Source: a virus
Taxonomy: Duplodnaviria; Heunggongvirae; Uroviricota; Caudoviricetes
Strand: one strand, 5' to 3'
Virus record (IMG/VR): IMGVR_UViG_2541047680_000004
Length of the DNA: 64,000 nt
In this document: positions 39,527-49,271 of the stretch, piece after piece
Layout: each line of letters starts with the position of its first letter
How positions within the stretch are numbered: position 1 is the first letter of the stretch
Made by a program: the position numbers and the translations under genes
The notes under the pieces: model-generated
Database searches by the model: none
The model's input: only the letters and a program-made list of their open reading frames with translations
What the model was told of the DNA's origin: nothing

Positions 39527-40447
39527 TTATTCCTGTGCAGCAGTGACTTCTACGGTCGCTGTCGCTTTGTGGCTACCATCTTGGGTAGTAACCTCGATTG
39601 TGGCAGTACCAGCCGCAACGCCAGTTACAACACCGGTTTCGCTATCCACCGTTGCAAACTCGGTATTTTTGGATTCCCAAGTAACGGTTTTATTTGTTGC
39701 TCCTGCCGGCTCGACATTTGCGGACAGCTGAACAGTTTTGTTTGCCTCAACGGTTGTGCTATTTGGGTCGATTTCGACGCCGGTAACAGCCACAACAGGC
39801 GCAGTTACTTCCACCGTTGCAGTTGCCTTTTTGCTGCCATCTTGGGAAACGATCTCAATCGTCGCAGTGCCAACTTCTACACCAGTAACGTTCCCGCTCT
39901 GGTCTACCGTTGCCTTATCTTCATTTTTGGAAGACCAGGTAACAGCCTTATTCGTCGCATTTGACGGCTGAACATTCGCTTTCAGACTGACTGATTTCCC
40001 TTTCTCAACAGACGTTGATTCTGGCGTTACCGTTACGGATTGAACGGCTACCGGATTTACGGTGACTTCCACTGAAGCGGAAAGCTGGGTTTCCTGATCA
40101 GTTGCAGTAATTTTTACTTTGCCTGGTGCTACGCCAGTTACTAATCCAGTGCCGTTAACGGTTGCAATTTGGTCATTTGCTGACTTCCAGGTGAATGAAC
40201 TGGCACTCTTACCCATACTAATACCTGCACTAAGTTGAACAGTTTTCCCAACCAAAACTGACGGTGAAGCCGGGGTTATGTTTACGGATTGGGAGAGGGG
40301 AACCGCCTGCAAACAAGCAGATAGCTGACTTTGTTGCCGCTCGGTTAAAGGTTCATCGGAGATAGAATTGGTAAATCCGGCACGGCACATATGCCCCGTA
40401 AAATCCGAAAATGCCTCTTCCGTAATCTTCATCTTTTGTTCTGGCAT
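39527..40447 (-). CDS. Ig-like (three Big_2 domains) protein, putative head decoration
   Basis: Three repeats of ..TV.P.S.TV..GKTVQLSA.V.P..ATNK.VTW.S.N...ATVD..G.VTGV..G.ATI.. directly downstream of major capsid gene. Confidence 0.6.
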   Translation of the reverse strand: MPEQKMKITEEAFSDFTGHMCRAGFTNSISDEPLTERQQSQLSACLQAVPLSQSVNITPASPSVLVGKTVQLSAGISMGKSASSFTWKSANDQIATVNGTGLVTGVAPGKVKITATDQETQLSASVEVTVNPVAVQSVTVTPESTSVEKGKSVSLKANVQPSNATNKAVTWSSKNEDKATVDQSGNVTGVEVGTATIEIVSQDGSKKATATVEVTAPVVAVTGVEIDPNSTTVEANKTVQLSANVEPAGATNKTVTWESKNTEFATVDSETGVVTGVAAGTATIEVTTQDGSHKATATVEVTAAQE

Positions 40448-40520
40448 TTCTCGCTCCTACAAAAAGGGTGGGCGTATAGCCCACCCTTTAACATAGATAA
40501 CTACTTATCTACTACACTGA

Positions 40521-41396
40521 TTAAATTTTTACATTGGTCAGTGCAGCGATAGCCTTATCATGCTTATTCGCCAGAGAGCAGTACCACTTCACACGGGTAC
40601 GTACTGCGTCTTTGTTCTGTACAGTACCAATGTTTTCAACAACGATACCTGCGTTATCGCCGCCATACAGACCAGTAACGCCGTTCTCTTCTGACAGATG
40701 CAGGCAGTAGATGCTTGCTTTGCCAGCATCGGTCGGGATGAAGTCGTTGATGATGAACGGAACGCCGTTATGACACAGCATCGGACGACCAAAGTTCTCC
40801 ATCATGATTTCAGACGGACCTACGTTTACTGTACGCAGCAGCGCACGATAAGCACGCAGGTGCTCTGAACGCATCATGATGCAGTCAGCACCAAGATCTT
40901 TCACCGCATCGACCAGTTCGTCGAACATAGAGAAAGTCATAGATGCACCGGCGATATCGATCTTCTGATCTGCGTGCATCAGGCGTGGAATGCCGTCAAA
41001 CGCCTTGTTGTTGGAGCTGGAGTCACCCAAAATCAGGTTGCGACGGAACGCACGAGCCAGACCTTTAACTTTCTGACGAACCTGAATAGCCAACTGGTTG
41101 TTGGTGTCGGCCATAGTGGTCGCCAGGAATTTATCAACGTCTACGTCACCAGCCAGAATACGCAGTTTCGCAACGCATTCTTCGAAGGTTGCTGCACCTT
41201 CAGGGATGGTGTCGTTAACGTCGATGAAGGTAGCTTCACTCAGCGTTTTTTCACGGTTGTACAGATATGCCTTTGAATTAATTTTCATAAAAGGCAGGAT
41301 GGCAAACAGGTCATCGCGATCGATGATAGTTTCGATCACACCCTGTTCAAGTTCGTTGTTAGACAGCTTTTCAGCTTCTTCACGCAGTAATGGCAT
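40521..41396 (-). CDS. major capsid protein
   Basis: 291-aa ORF between scaffold and decoration genes; strong terminator hairpin after stop. Confidence 0.7.
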   Translation of the reverse strand: MPLLREEAEKLSNNELEQGVIETIIDRDDLFAILPFMKINSKAYLYNREKTLSEATFIDVNDTIPEGAATFEECVAKLRILAGDVDVDKFLATTMADTNNQLAIQVRQKVKGLARAFRRNLILGDSSSNNKAFDGIPRLMHADQKIDIAGASMTFSMFDELVDAVKDLGADCIMMRSEHLRAYRALLRTVNVGPSEIMMENFGRPMLCHNGVPFIINDFIPTDAGKASIYCLHLSEENGVTGLYGGDNAGIVVENIGTVQNKDAVRTRVKWYCSLANKHDKAIAALTNVKI

Positions 41397-41421
41397 CTAT
41401 CAATTCCCTTTGATTTAGATG

Positions 41422-42309
41422 TTACTTAAGTCCAATTTTCCCCAGACCGGAGGCCAACTTATCCATAGTCGACTTGTTCTTCGGTTGGGATATTGTGTAG
41501 GTCGATTTGGAATGTGAGCCTACACCCTGCTTGGCTTCGCTACGCATCAATGCGTCAGCTTCCGGATCTGCCCGCACAATGCGTTCAATCGCGGATTCAA
41601 ACGGCAACGGCTTACCTTCACCGTCAACCAGAACAGCTCGTTCTTTGTGACCTGCCGGTTTGTCATAACCCACTACGCTACCGTCTTCACCCACTTCAAA
41701 ATGAGAACCGTAGATCACGCGGGCTTTTGCCGGGGTCATCAGAACTTTGTCACGTAGGAAGAGAGAGTTACTGAAGGAAGCGCCCACGGTCATCTCGACT
41801 AATTGAGATTTCAGTGATGCGTTTTCACTTTCCAGTGCTGCATAACGTTCGTCACGCTGTGCCAGCTCTGCCTGGTGTGCTTCGATCATCTGTTTTTTAA
41901 CAGCATCGAACTCACCACGACGCTCCAGTTCAGCTTGCTCCGCCTCACGACGTGCGTTTTCTGCGGCCTGTTCAGCTTCTAAAAGCTGGCGAGCACGAGC
42001 CGGATCGATATCACCGTACTGAGCAAGCTGATCGGCCAATGTGCGCTCTTTCTCTTTGCGCTTCATGTTCTCCTTCAGCAGTTCAGCACCAGCTTTCTTG
42101 GTTTTACGAAGTTCGGCCAGTAACTCTTCCTGAGTCATGCCAGCGTATTCGTCATCGCCCTTCGGCTGCTCTTTTTGTTCACCCTGTTTGTCAGGATCTT
42201 GTGTACTCTGCTCATTATCAGCAGCTACACCGCCAGCGCCTCCACGCTCATGCGCTTCAGCGACATCCATCAGACCACGACGGGCCAAAAGCATTTGCCA
42301 CAGATTCAT
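41422..42309 (-). CDS. scaffolding protein
   Basis: 295 aa, highly charged helical/coiled-coil (EAEQAAENARREAEQAELERR), between portal and capsid. Confidence 0.6.
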   Translation of the reverse strand: MNLWQMLLARRGLMDVAEAHERGGAGGVAADNEQSTQDPDKQGEQKEQPKGDDEYAGMTQEELLAELRKTKKAGAELLKENMKRKEKERTLADQLAQYGDIDPARARQLLEAEQAAENARREAEQAELERRGEFDAVKKQMIEAHQAELAQRDERYAALESENASLKSQLVEMTVGASFSNSLFLRDKVLMTPAKARVIYGSHFEVGEDGSVVGYDKPAGHKERAVLVDGEGKPLPFESAIERIVRADPEADALMRSEAKQGVGSHSKSTYTISQPKNKSTMDKLASGLGKIGLK

Positions 42310-42330
42310 AAAAATTCCTTTTGTTACTTA

Positions 42331-43905
42331 TCACTCGTTCTCTTGAGTAGATGAGTCCCCATTCCCTCGGGGTTGATCTTGCCCTCTTTCTTGGGCTGCA
42401 CCACGATCATAAGTAAGTGCTGACTTATTTTCAAGGGTATTTAGATCATTTTTTGGAGGAAAATTCAAGAGATCTTTATCAAATTCCTTTTTCATCGCCT
42501 CAGTAATGTTCGGGAAAATCTTCTCAATAAGCATTTCCATCTGGTGACGACGTACAGAGTCCGGTGCCTGAAGTAATGACAGTTTCTCGGCAACAGAAAA
42601 TTCATCAGTAAGGCCACGAATATCGAAACTTTCTGGATACGCAATTAAAGAGTGGTCTTCGTCCAGATCTACCCCCATCCATTTCGCAACCAGTAGCATG
42701 ATTTGGCGTTCAGCCCTTTCCAGACGCTCTGCTTTTGTGACAAGCAAGCTATTTACACGCTGGAAGTCATACATTTTTGCGGCACCAGATGAGTTATCGA
42801 TTCCCTGTGCGTTGTCCTGCTTCGTTCGCTCACCAGCTACACCAACTGAATGGTAGATTTCGTTAATCACCGTCTTAATCGTAGTGATGATCATCTGAGC
42901 TTGTTTCGGGTCTGGTGACAGATAAAACGGCTGGTTTCCACCTTCAGAATCGTAGGTGAAGACTCGCTTTGTGCCCATTTCAAGCACTTTAGTGTGGTTT
43001 TCATCACCAGGTAAAAGCGACTGTACTGGTATAGCCAACTGGCTAAATGTCTGATCCTGAATAATGGCATCAAGGTTTGACAGATAGTTTGCAACCGCAC
43101 GATCAAGATAAGCGATATCATCGATCAACGATGGGCTGAAATACGGTGATTCACTTTCTCCAATACAATCAACAGGAAACACAGGAACTACGCTGAGATT
43201 ATGCTCACCGCTATCCTCTAAAATAACTTTTGCCTGACGGCGACCTGCTCCACCAGCGCCCTTCTTCACTTCCTCACGGAACAGATACCACTCGTTTTGT
43301 GTCCACAGACGATAACGTTGGTATTCCTGACCTGTAGAAGTAAAAGGATCTGCGTCATCGCGAGCGACTTCCACAATTAACGCCCATAACATATTCCCGT
43401 CGTCGTCCCATGCCACATCCAGCATTTGCTGAGGTGAAATCCAGTAGGCGTAGGCGCGAGCATCTTTCTTTTTCTCGTCAGCTACTGACTCAACATCACC
43501 ACTCATCGTGCTATCGACAACAACCCATATGCGACCGTAAATAGACGACTGCAAATCAATAGCGGCCATAAATGAGTCAATAGAGGCATTCTGGCGAGTC
43601 GCACGTTTCCAGAAATTGCGGATCTGCTCTGGTGCCTCTTCGATATTTCTATGAATGTCTTCTTTAAAGAGATATTTGTTGATGAGGTTTACCACCTCAC
43701 GAGTGTGGTTGAAGCGATAAGCACGTTCAACTCGCTCCTTAAACTCCTGATCTCCCTCTTTAAAGTAACGAAAGATATTGTCTGTAAACCAACCACGCCC
43801 GCCAGCGTAAGTGCTGGCGAGGAAGTCCCAATGTTCTTTTTTCTTTTCGTATTCCGGGTGGCGTCGCGCCACCAGATCCTTAATTTGTTTGTCGTTCAAT
43901 TCCAT
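42331..43905 (-). CDS. portal protein
   Basis: 524 aa directly downstream of terminase large subunit. Confidence 0.65.
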   Translation of the reverse strand: MELNDKQIKDLVARRHPEYEKKKEHWDFLASTYAGGRGWFTDNIFRYFKEGDQEFKERVERAYRFNHTREVVNLINKYLFKEDIHRNIEEAPEQIRNFWKRATRQNASIDSFMAAIDLQSSIYGRIWVVVDSTMSGDVESVADEKKKDARAYAYWISPQQMLDVAWDDDGNMLWALIVEVARDDADPFTSTGQEYQRYRLWTQNEWYLFREEVKKGAGGAGRRQAKVILEDSGEHNLSVVPVFPVDCIGESESPYFSPSLIDDIAYLDRAVANYLSNLDAIIQDQTFSQLAIPVQSLLPGDENHTKVLEMGTKRVFTYDSEGGNQPFYLSPDPKQAQMIITTIKTVINEIYHSVGVAGERTKQDNAQGIDNSSGAAKMYDFQRVNSLLVTKAERLERAERQIMLLVAKWMGVDLDEDHSLIAYPESFDIRGLTDEFSVAEKLSLLQAPDSVRRHQMEMLIEKIFPNITEAMKKEFDKDLLNFPPKNDLNTLENKSALTYDRGAAQERGQDQPRGNGDSSTQENE

Positions 43906-43931
43906 TTGAATAACCTTAGATAATTACTTAC

Positions 43932-45188
43932 CTATCGAGAACCACCAAGAATAACACGGTTTTTGACTGGATACCTACGATGTACTGGATAGCCCAATGC
44001 GTCTGCACTATGCTCAATGCCACCTGTCTTATCCATATCTCGTGTTCCAGGCTTGTAGATGACTTTTTCCAGTGAATCAATCAAATGCTTGCACTTCGGA
44101 TCGATATACAGCCGGATATCTCCAGATGCGGTCATCAGCATTCGGTTAACAGCATTAACACGATCCGCAATTGGCGGGTGCTTTTTCGAATAATCGACAC
44201 GTAAGAATCCCTTCTCTTTGAATATGTCGACGTCAGACTCCCCGCGAGCATGTTGGCGATAAGCACCTGCCGGATCTGGAAATATCGTTATCTGTGATTT
44301 CCAGCGCCAGAAGCGTCTCTCAAGCTCATCACAAACCTCTGCCGTGTTAGAGGAAAAGAGCACCAATTCATCAATTGCCCATAGCTCACCATTTGGCTGA
44401 GGTTGCAAAATTACGGAAGACATCGGGTCAATGTTGAAGTCCTGCCCTACCCATATAGGTAACCGAGGGTTGAACTGAAGCGGTTTTACATGCACGTTAC
44501 GATCGAACGGGTAGTAAACGCGCCCGGACATGTTCTCAAAGCTGGCCAGGTACTCCTGAGCGAACGATTTGGGGTCCATATCGTTCTTAGCAGCTTCAAT
44601 TTCCGCCGTAGGTACAAACGGAGAATCGGCAGTTACAAACTGCCAGCTCTTCCACTGTCCCTTTCTTTGCAGCTCTACGTTCTGGCCTATAGTCCACAGT
44701 TTGTGAAATTCCGAGAAGCCTTTTGGCGTACCAATGATCAGTGCACCGCCGCGTGTCGATGAAAGAGTAGGTCGTAACACCTTGTACCAAGTGTCAGCCT
44801 TCATATCCTGAAATTCATCAAGCACTACAAAATGCAACGCTACGCCGCGCAGAGTGTCAGGCTTATCAGCACCTTTGAGGGCGATCTCCGAACCGTTCTT
44901 CAACACGATTGTCATCGTGGTGTCGTTCTTTTTCCTAACCCACTTACGAGGCAGAACTTCCTGTAGATCGTCCCACAAAATCTGGCGAGCCATCTGGTAA
45001 GTAGGAGCGACATACCAGACCCTTTGCTTTTTTTCCTTTGCCGCCGCACGAATAATAGTGGAGATCGACAACCGGGATTTTCCCCAGCGTCGACCAGCAC
45101 AAACAACTTTAAATCGATGCGGAGACTGGAAGACTTTCATCTGTCCAGAATGCAGTTGCACAAGACTGAGCGAGGACGGGATTGCCAT
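43932..45188 (-). CDS. terminase large subunit
   Basis: N-terminal Walker A (CAGRRWGKSR), Walker B-like VVLDEF, C-terminal nuclease-type acidic residues. Confidence 0.8.
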   Translation of the reverse strand: MAIPSSLSLVQLHSGQMKVFQSPHRFKVVCAGRRWGKSRLSISTIIRAAAKEKKQRVWYVAPTYQMARQILWDDLQEVLPRKWVRKKNDTTMTIVLKNGSEIALKGADKPDTLRGVALHFVVLDEFQDMKADTWYKVLRPTLSSTRGGALIIGTPKGFSEFHKLWTIGQNVELQRKGQWKSWQFVTADSPFVPTAEIEAAKNDMDPKSFAQEYLASFENMSGRVYYPFDRNVHVKPLQFNPRLPIWVGQDFNIDPMSSVILQPQPNGELWAIDELVLFSSNTAEVCDELERRFWRWKSQITIFPDPAGAYRQHARGESDVDIFKEKGFLRVDYSKKHPPIADRVNAVNRMLMTASGDIRLYIDPKCKHLIDSLEKVIYKPGTRDMDKTGGIEHSADALGYPVHRRYPVKNRVILGGSR

Positions 45189-45820
45189 TATTCGTCCTCC
45201 CCTTCACTTCCATCATCTGTCGCATCAAATTCGCTTAGAGCTTCTTCTTCCAACGTCTCAAGCAATTCGTCATCGATGATTTCAGGCTCGTCGTCTTCCT
45301 GACGTAATTTCGCCACCTGGGAAGGCGTAAGCTCACCAAATACCAGATTCGGAATTTCTTCCTCGTCATTTTCCGCATGATCCATGCCCAATGCTTTGGA
45401 CGAAACTTCAAAGCATTTTGCAAGGGTATTACTGGCTCTCTGTAAGCTCTTGAGAGAATCCTCAATCGCCCCTAAAGGCTTACCCTCACGTTTGGCCGTA
45501 GTGACTTCGACCATCACCATCTGCCCCAACGCATACGCCCAGCCGTCATAACGTGTACGACGTTCTTCTATCTTTTCCGCACGGGCTTTAGCGCGAAGCT
45601 CTGCGTCAGATTTAAGAGACTCACGAACCATCTTCCCAACAGAGTCCGCGCCTTTCTCTAATCCTCGCTTTTTGAAATGTCTGGAGAGTGTTTCACGACG
45701 AATGCCGTACTCTTCCTCCAGCTTTGAGAGTGTATATTCGCCTGACGTCCATTTGGCTTCAGCTTCGGCCCACTCCGCTGGTGTCAGGCGAGTTTTTACC
45801 TCGTCTTTTTCGACCGTCAT
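45188..45820 (-). CDS. terminase small subunit
   Basis: 210 aa with N-terminal HTH-like segment (TLSKLEEEYGIRRETLSRHF) and acidic C-terminus; stop overlaps TerL start. Confidence 0.6.
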   Translation of the reverse strand: MTVEKDEVKTRLTPAEWAEAEAKWTSGEYTLSKLEEEYGIRRETLSRHFKKRGLEKGADSVGKMVRESLKSDAELRAKARAEKIEERRTRYDGWAYALGQMVMVEVTTAKREGKPLGAIEDSLKSLQRASNTLAKCFEVSSKALGMDHAENDEEEIPNLVFGELTPSQVAKLRQEDDEPEIIDDELLETLEEEALSEFDATDDGSEGEDE

Positions 45821-45860
45821 AGATCCCTCTAAAACACACAGAGCGCGTCCATGCGCTCTA

Positions 45861-45898
45861 AAACAACTTGTTTACTGCATCTGCTAACCAACTTGTTT
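45861..45898. promoter_or_regulatory. two tandem AAACA-N3-TGTTT operator-like palindromes upstream of terminase operon
   Basis: aaacaacttgttt (45861-45873) and aaccaacttgttt (45886-45898), 40-80 bp upstream of TerS start. Confidence 0.5.
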
Positions 45899-45936
45899 TC
45901 TGGGGTGTTTAATTAGGTCTGGCATGTCTTACGAAG

Positions 45937-45984
45937 CCTGCTTCCGTATATATTTAATAAGTTACTTATTATTTATATATACAG
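45937..45984. repeat. copy 2 of the 43-bp AT-rich repeat
   Basis: Near-identical to 12638..12683. Confidence 0.7.
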
Positions 45985-46015
45985 ATGCAGGTCTTTAAAT
46001 AAGCTCCCAGACCGA

Positions 46016-46282
46016 TTACATCACCAGTAACTTCGCTTTGGCTCGACCTAAAGTGGTTAACCCAAGAGTTCGGCGGTGATAGCGATTGTCACTGCGTTGG
46101 CGCGTATGCCCTTTCTCCACCAGCCCCTTTTTTATCAGAGCGCGAATTGAGAACTGGATACTTTGCTTGGTTGTCTTGTACGGCAAAACTTCAAGCAATT
46201 CGTCCAGGTCAAGTAGATGACCTCGCTCATAACCGAGATTGAGCGTTTTGATGATGTCCTTTTGTTTATCGGTTAACGTCAT
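46016..46282 (-). CDS. small winged-helix-like protein
   Basis: 88 aa, basic C-terminus; helix-turn-helix-like segment. Confidence 0.35.
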   Translation of the reverse strand: MTLTDKQKDIIKTLNLGYERGHLLDLDELLEVLPYKTTKQSIQFSIRALIKKGLVEKGHTRQRSDNRYHRRTLGLTTLGRAKAKLLVM

Positions 46283-46291
46283 GGCAAATCC

Positions 46292-47182
46292 TTATGCCGG
46301 TAAAGCAATTTCTAACGGTTTATCCAAAGGTTGTTTGTCGAATGCCAGCAGTGGCAGCGTGTCAGGCAGTCGACGGCCAAAGTCAGGGTTTCGGTACACA
46401 CCATACAACGGAGACGTAAAGCTCAGGTTGTGAATGTCCTTGAGCAGCTTCACAATGCTGGCCTCGTCCACCAGACTGTCGGCAATGTCCTGAATCGTCG
46501 TGCCACGATTCCGCCCAGCTTTTGCCAGGGAACTGTTCTTGTGGTAGTCCGCCACCAGATCACGCAGTGCACGGCGACGACGAGACTCGCTCATTGCGAA
46601 CAATTCTTTGACGATCGCCTCGTTATCACCCGGGTCGGAACGGAAATGGCGCTGGAATACACGCAGTGCACTTTCATAGCTCTTCGGTCGCTCAGGGCGG
46701 ATGAACTTAAACCCTGCTTTCATGGCGAAGGGATTGTATTTGCTCATCGAGGACTGGATCTCAATGATTGGCCGGTCATGCATCCTGCTAACCAGGTTAA
46801 TCATTCGATAAGAGACGCCTACGCCACGATACTGAGTATCCACAACTGAGCGACTGATCACCGCAAAGTTGTTATTCACGTACCGACCCCAGTACTGGTT
46901 AGCCACGGTGGTATTAGTGGTTGGTTTCAACTTAGGAAACATGCGGTGGCGAGGTGCCAGCAGTAGTTTCGGGTAAGCCATAACCACGACGCCCACCAGA
47001 CGGTCATCAAGTTCGCAGCGATAGTAAGTTGGCGCGAAAGGTTTGCCGTCTGTTTTGTAGTGAAGCGACTTAAGAGCGTGCCAGTCCTCTACAGTTCCCT
47101 TTGTGACAGTCATTCGCTCCAGAAAGTCCAGATGACGCGGAAACTCTTCAGGGCGGTAGCGTTTAATGATGATGTCCGTCAT
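46292..47182 (-). CDS. GNAT-fold acetyltransferase-like protein
   Basis: CoA-binding-type motif VVDTQYRGVGVSYRMINLV (R-G-x-G-x-S) in a 296-aa protein. Confidence 0.4.
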   Translation of the reverse strand: MTDIIIKRYRPEEFPRHLDFLERMTVTKGTVEDWHALKSLHYKTDGKPFAPTYYRCELDDRLVGVVVMAYPKLLLAPRHRMFPKLKPTTNTTVANQYWGRYVNNNFAVISRSVVDTQYRGVGVSYRMINLVSRMHDRPIIEIQSSMSKYNPFAMKAGFKFIRPERPKSYESALRVFQRHFRSDPGDNEAIVKELFAMSESRRRRALRDLVADYHKNSSLAKAGRNRGTTIQDIADSLVDEASIVKLLKDIHNLSFTSPLYGVYRNPDFGRRLPDTLPLLAFDKQPLDKPLEIALPA

Positions 47183-47844
47183 AAATGAACCTCATCATGA
47201 CTACCATTGTGATATTCCACCTTCACGCGTTCTTTGTAGTGCTTGGTGATCTGCATATCCGGGCGCAGCGCGTTCTTCAGGTCTTCGTGAGTCGTCGCCA
47301 CCATTACCGTCGCACCAACCTTTCGAGCGGCACGCTGGAGGTTAGATGCCACAACCTGAGCGGTTACACGGTCTAGAACAGCACCGAACTCGTCAGCAGC
47401 CCACACTTTAGCGCCTGACTCAATCAGTTTGGCAATCTTGAGACGATATTTCTGACCGTCTGACATTTCAGAAGGCTTGCGAACAAACAGATATGCATCG
47501 TTCAGACCAGCCATAGATAACAACCCAAGCGCATCGCTGGTCGTTTTGCCCAACTGATCGATGACGTTAACCTCATTATCGAAGGTAAAATCATCGATGG
47601 AGGCTACAGACAGCCCTTCATCCTTCATCTGTCGTTGCAACTCGCGCAGCACAACGGATTTGCCGGAACCGGATTGGCCGGTGATGTACACCACATCGCC
47701 CTGCTTCACTTCCAGCTCCAGATTGTCGTAAAGCGTCCACTCTTTTTCGTCCAGGCCAAGCCCGAACGACTCAGCGATTTCCAACGTGCGCGTGGTTTTA
47801 TTTACGCGTGTCTGAAACGATACGTTGATGATGTATTTGCTCAT
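47179..47844 (-). CDS. stand-alone ABC-type ATPase (nucleotide-binding domain only)
   Basis: Walker A GQSGSGKS, signature-like MSDGQKYR, Walker B VWAADEF, H-loop TTHED. Confidence 0.65.
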   Translation of the reverse strand: MSKYIINVSFQTRVNKTTRTLEIAESFGLGLDEKEWTLYDNLELEVKQGDVVYITGQSGSGKSVVLRELQRQMKDEGLSVASIDDFTFDNEVNVIDQLGKTTSDALGLLSMAGLNDAYLFVRKPSEMSDGQKYRLKIAKLIESGAKVWAADEFGAVLDRVTAQVVASNLQRAARKVGATVMVATTHEDLKNALRPDMQITKHYKERVKVEYHNGSHDEVHL

Positions 47845-48542
47845 ACAGCCATCTCCCCGGAAGAGATCTTCTCCGCATATGCCACAAATGCGTCTACCCC
47901 GCTTTCTCCCGTCATTTCTTCCATGTGGGCAAGCAAATCACCAACAACAATGGCAGAGCCAGCAGGAAGCGTTTTAAAGCCCAATACGTCGACAACACGT
48001 ACTTCTTCCGCTGCAACTTCACGACTGATCTCGGTGTGTTCATCCTTCTGTCGTTTAGTTTCTTCGCCAAGATCGATAACTAGCGAGTCGGTGTCCATTT
48101 CTTCTGTCATGCTGCCAACGAGAACATTCAACTCACGCTCTTCAAAGCCGAAAACCTCGATATCGTCCAGAACAAGCGACTCAAGCTCTTTCTGTAGCTT
48201 AATTGCATCGTAATCAATGCTGGCAAGTCGGTTATCTTCAAGGCGCTTCGCACGAACCTCGTCATCACTGAGATCATCGCGAACAATAACCGGTACGCGC
48301 TCAAGTCCAGCAAAAATTGCAGCCTCACGGCGGCCGTGGCCAGTAATAATTACGTCGTTCTTATCGACCGTAATTGGCTGGTCAAATCCGCGCTTTTTAA
48401 TGGCTGCGGCTAGATCTCGGATCTGCTGTTCATCATGCTTTTTGGCATTCATCTCATAGGGAATAAGATCTGCCGGGTCGCGATATACGATTTCAAACTT
48501 TTTGGTCATTACATACGCTCCTTGTAGTAGTCGACCAGCCAC
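47841..48542 (-). CDS. ParB N-terminal domain (ParB/Srx-like) protein
   Basis: ITGHGRREAA motif resembling the ParB GxxRxxA box. Confidence 0.6.
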   Translation of the reverse strand: MAGRLLQGAYVMTKKFEIVYRDPADLIPYEMNAKKHDEQQIRDLAAAIKKRGFDQPITVDKNDVIITGHGRREAAIFAGLERVPVIVRDDLSDDEVRAKRLEDNRLASIDYDAIKLQKELESLVLDDIEVFGFEERELNVLVGSMTEEMDTDSLVIDLGEETKRQKDEHTEISREVAAEEVRVVDVLGFKTLPAGSAIVVGDLLAHMEEMTGESGVDAFVAYAEKISSGEMAV

Positions 48543-49207
48543 ACCAGAGCCTCACCAGCGTTCTCCATTTCATTACCGGTGTTAATAGCCTGCTCTTTGA
48601 TGATGTTTTTTATGGTTTCTGCAACACGATCTGACGCATCGAAAGTTACTTTGAAGCGCATGGTCTGATGTTCCGCCCCCACACGTTCGGTTTTCTCTCG
48701 TTTGTCGGTATCGACAGGCTCATCACTACCACGAGACAACGCCTCCAGTGCTTCAAGGTCGATTGCCGCCTCTTTTGCTAAAACCATCGAGATTTCGTCG
48801 TCATACGGGGCGATTTCAGACAGTTGATAGTCAAGTTCTGACTGAATTTCTTCAATGAAGCGTTGCAATGCGATTTGGTCGTCTTCACCGTATCGCTCGT
48901 TGTCCACCAGTGACATCTGTTTAGCTACGACATCGCTAATTTTGCCCACAGAAAGCACTGGAACCGTTGAAATTCCTTGCTCAATAGCGGCACGCCAGCG
49001 ATGTTCGCCGCCGAGGATTTCAAAAAATCCATCTTCAAGTTCACGAGCCAAAATTGGCTTAAAAAAGCCCAATTTTTCGATAGAACCTTTCAGTTTTTCA
49101 AAATTCTGCGCACCAACCGAATTGGTGTTCCAGGTATTCGGGCGAAGGTTGGCAACATCAACCTGCAAAATCGTGATTTTTACATCCATTTTATTGCTAC
49201 AATCCAC
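48509..49207 (-). CDS. ParB N-terminal domain (ParB/Srx-like) protein
   Basis: ILGGEHRWRAA motif resembling the ParB GxxRxxA box. Confidence 0.6.
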   Translation of the reverse strand: MDCSNKMDVKITILQVDVANLRPNTWNTNSVGAQNFEKLKGSIEKLGFFKPILARELEDGFFEILGGEHRWRAAIEQGISTVPVLSVGKISDVVAKQMSLVDNERYGEDDQIALQRFIEEIQSELDYQLSEIAPYDDEISMVLAKEAAIDLEALEALSRGSDEPVDTDKREKTERVGAEHQTMRFKVTFDASDRVAETIKNIIKEQAINTGNEMENAGEALVWLVDYYKERM

Positions 49208-49271
49208 TAAGTAATCACTTACTTATTATAATAGCCAAATAACATACAAAAGGCACTAAGGAAAGAGGTTT

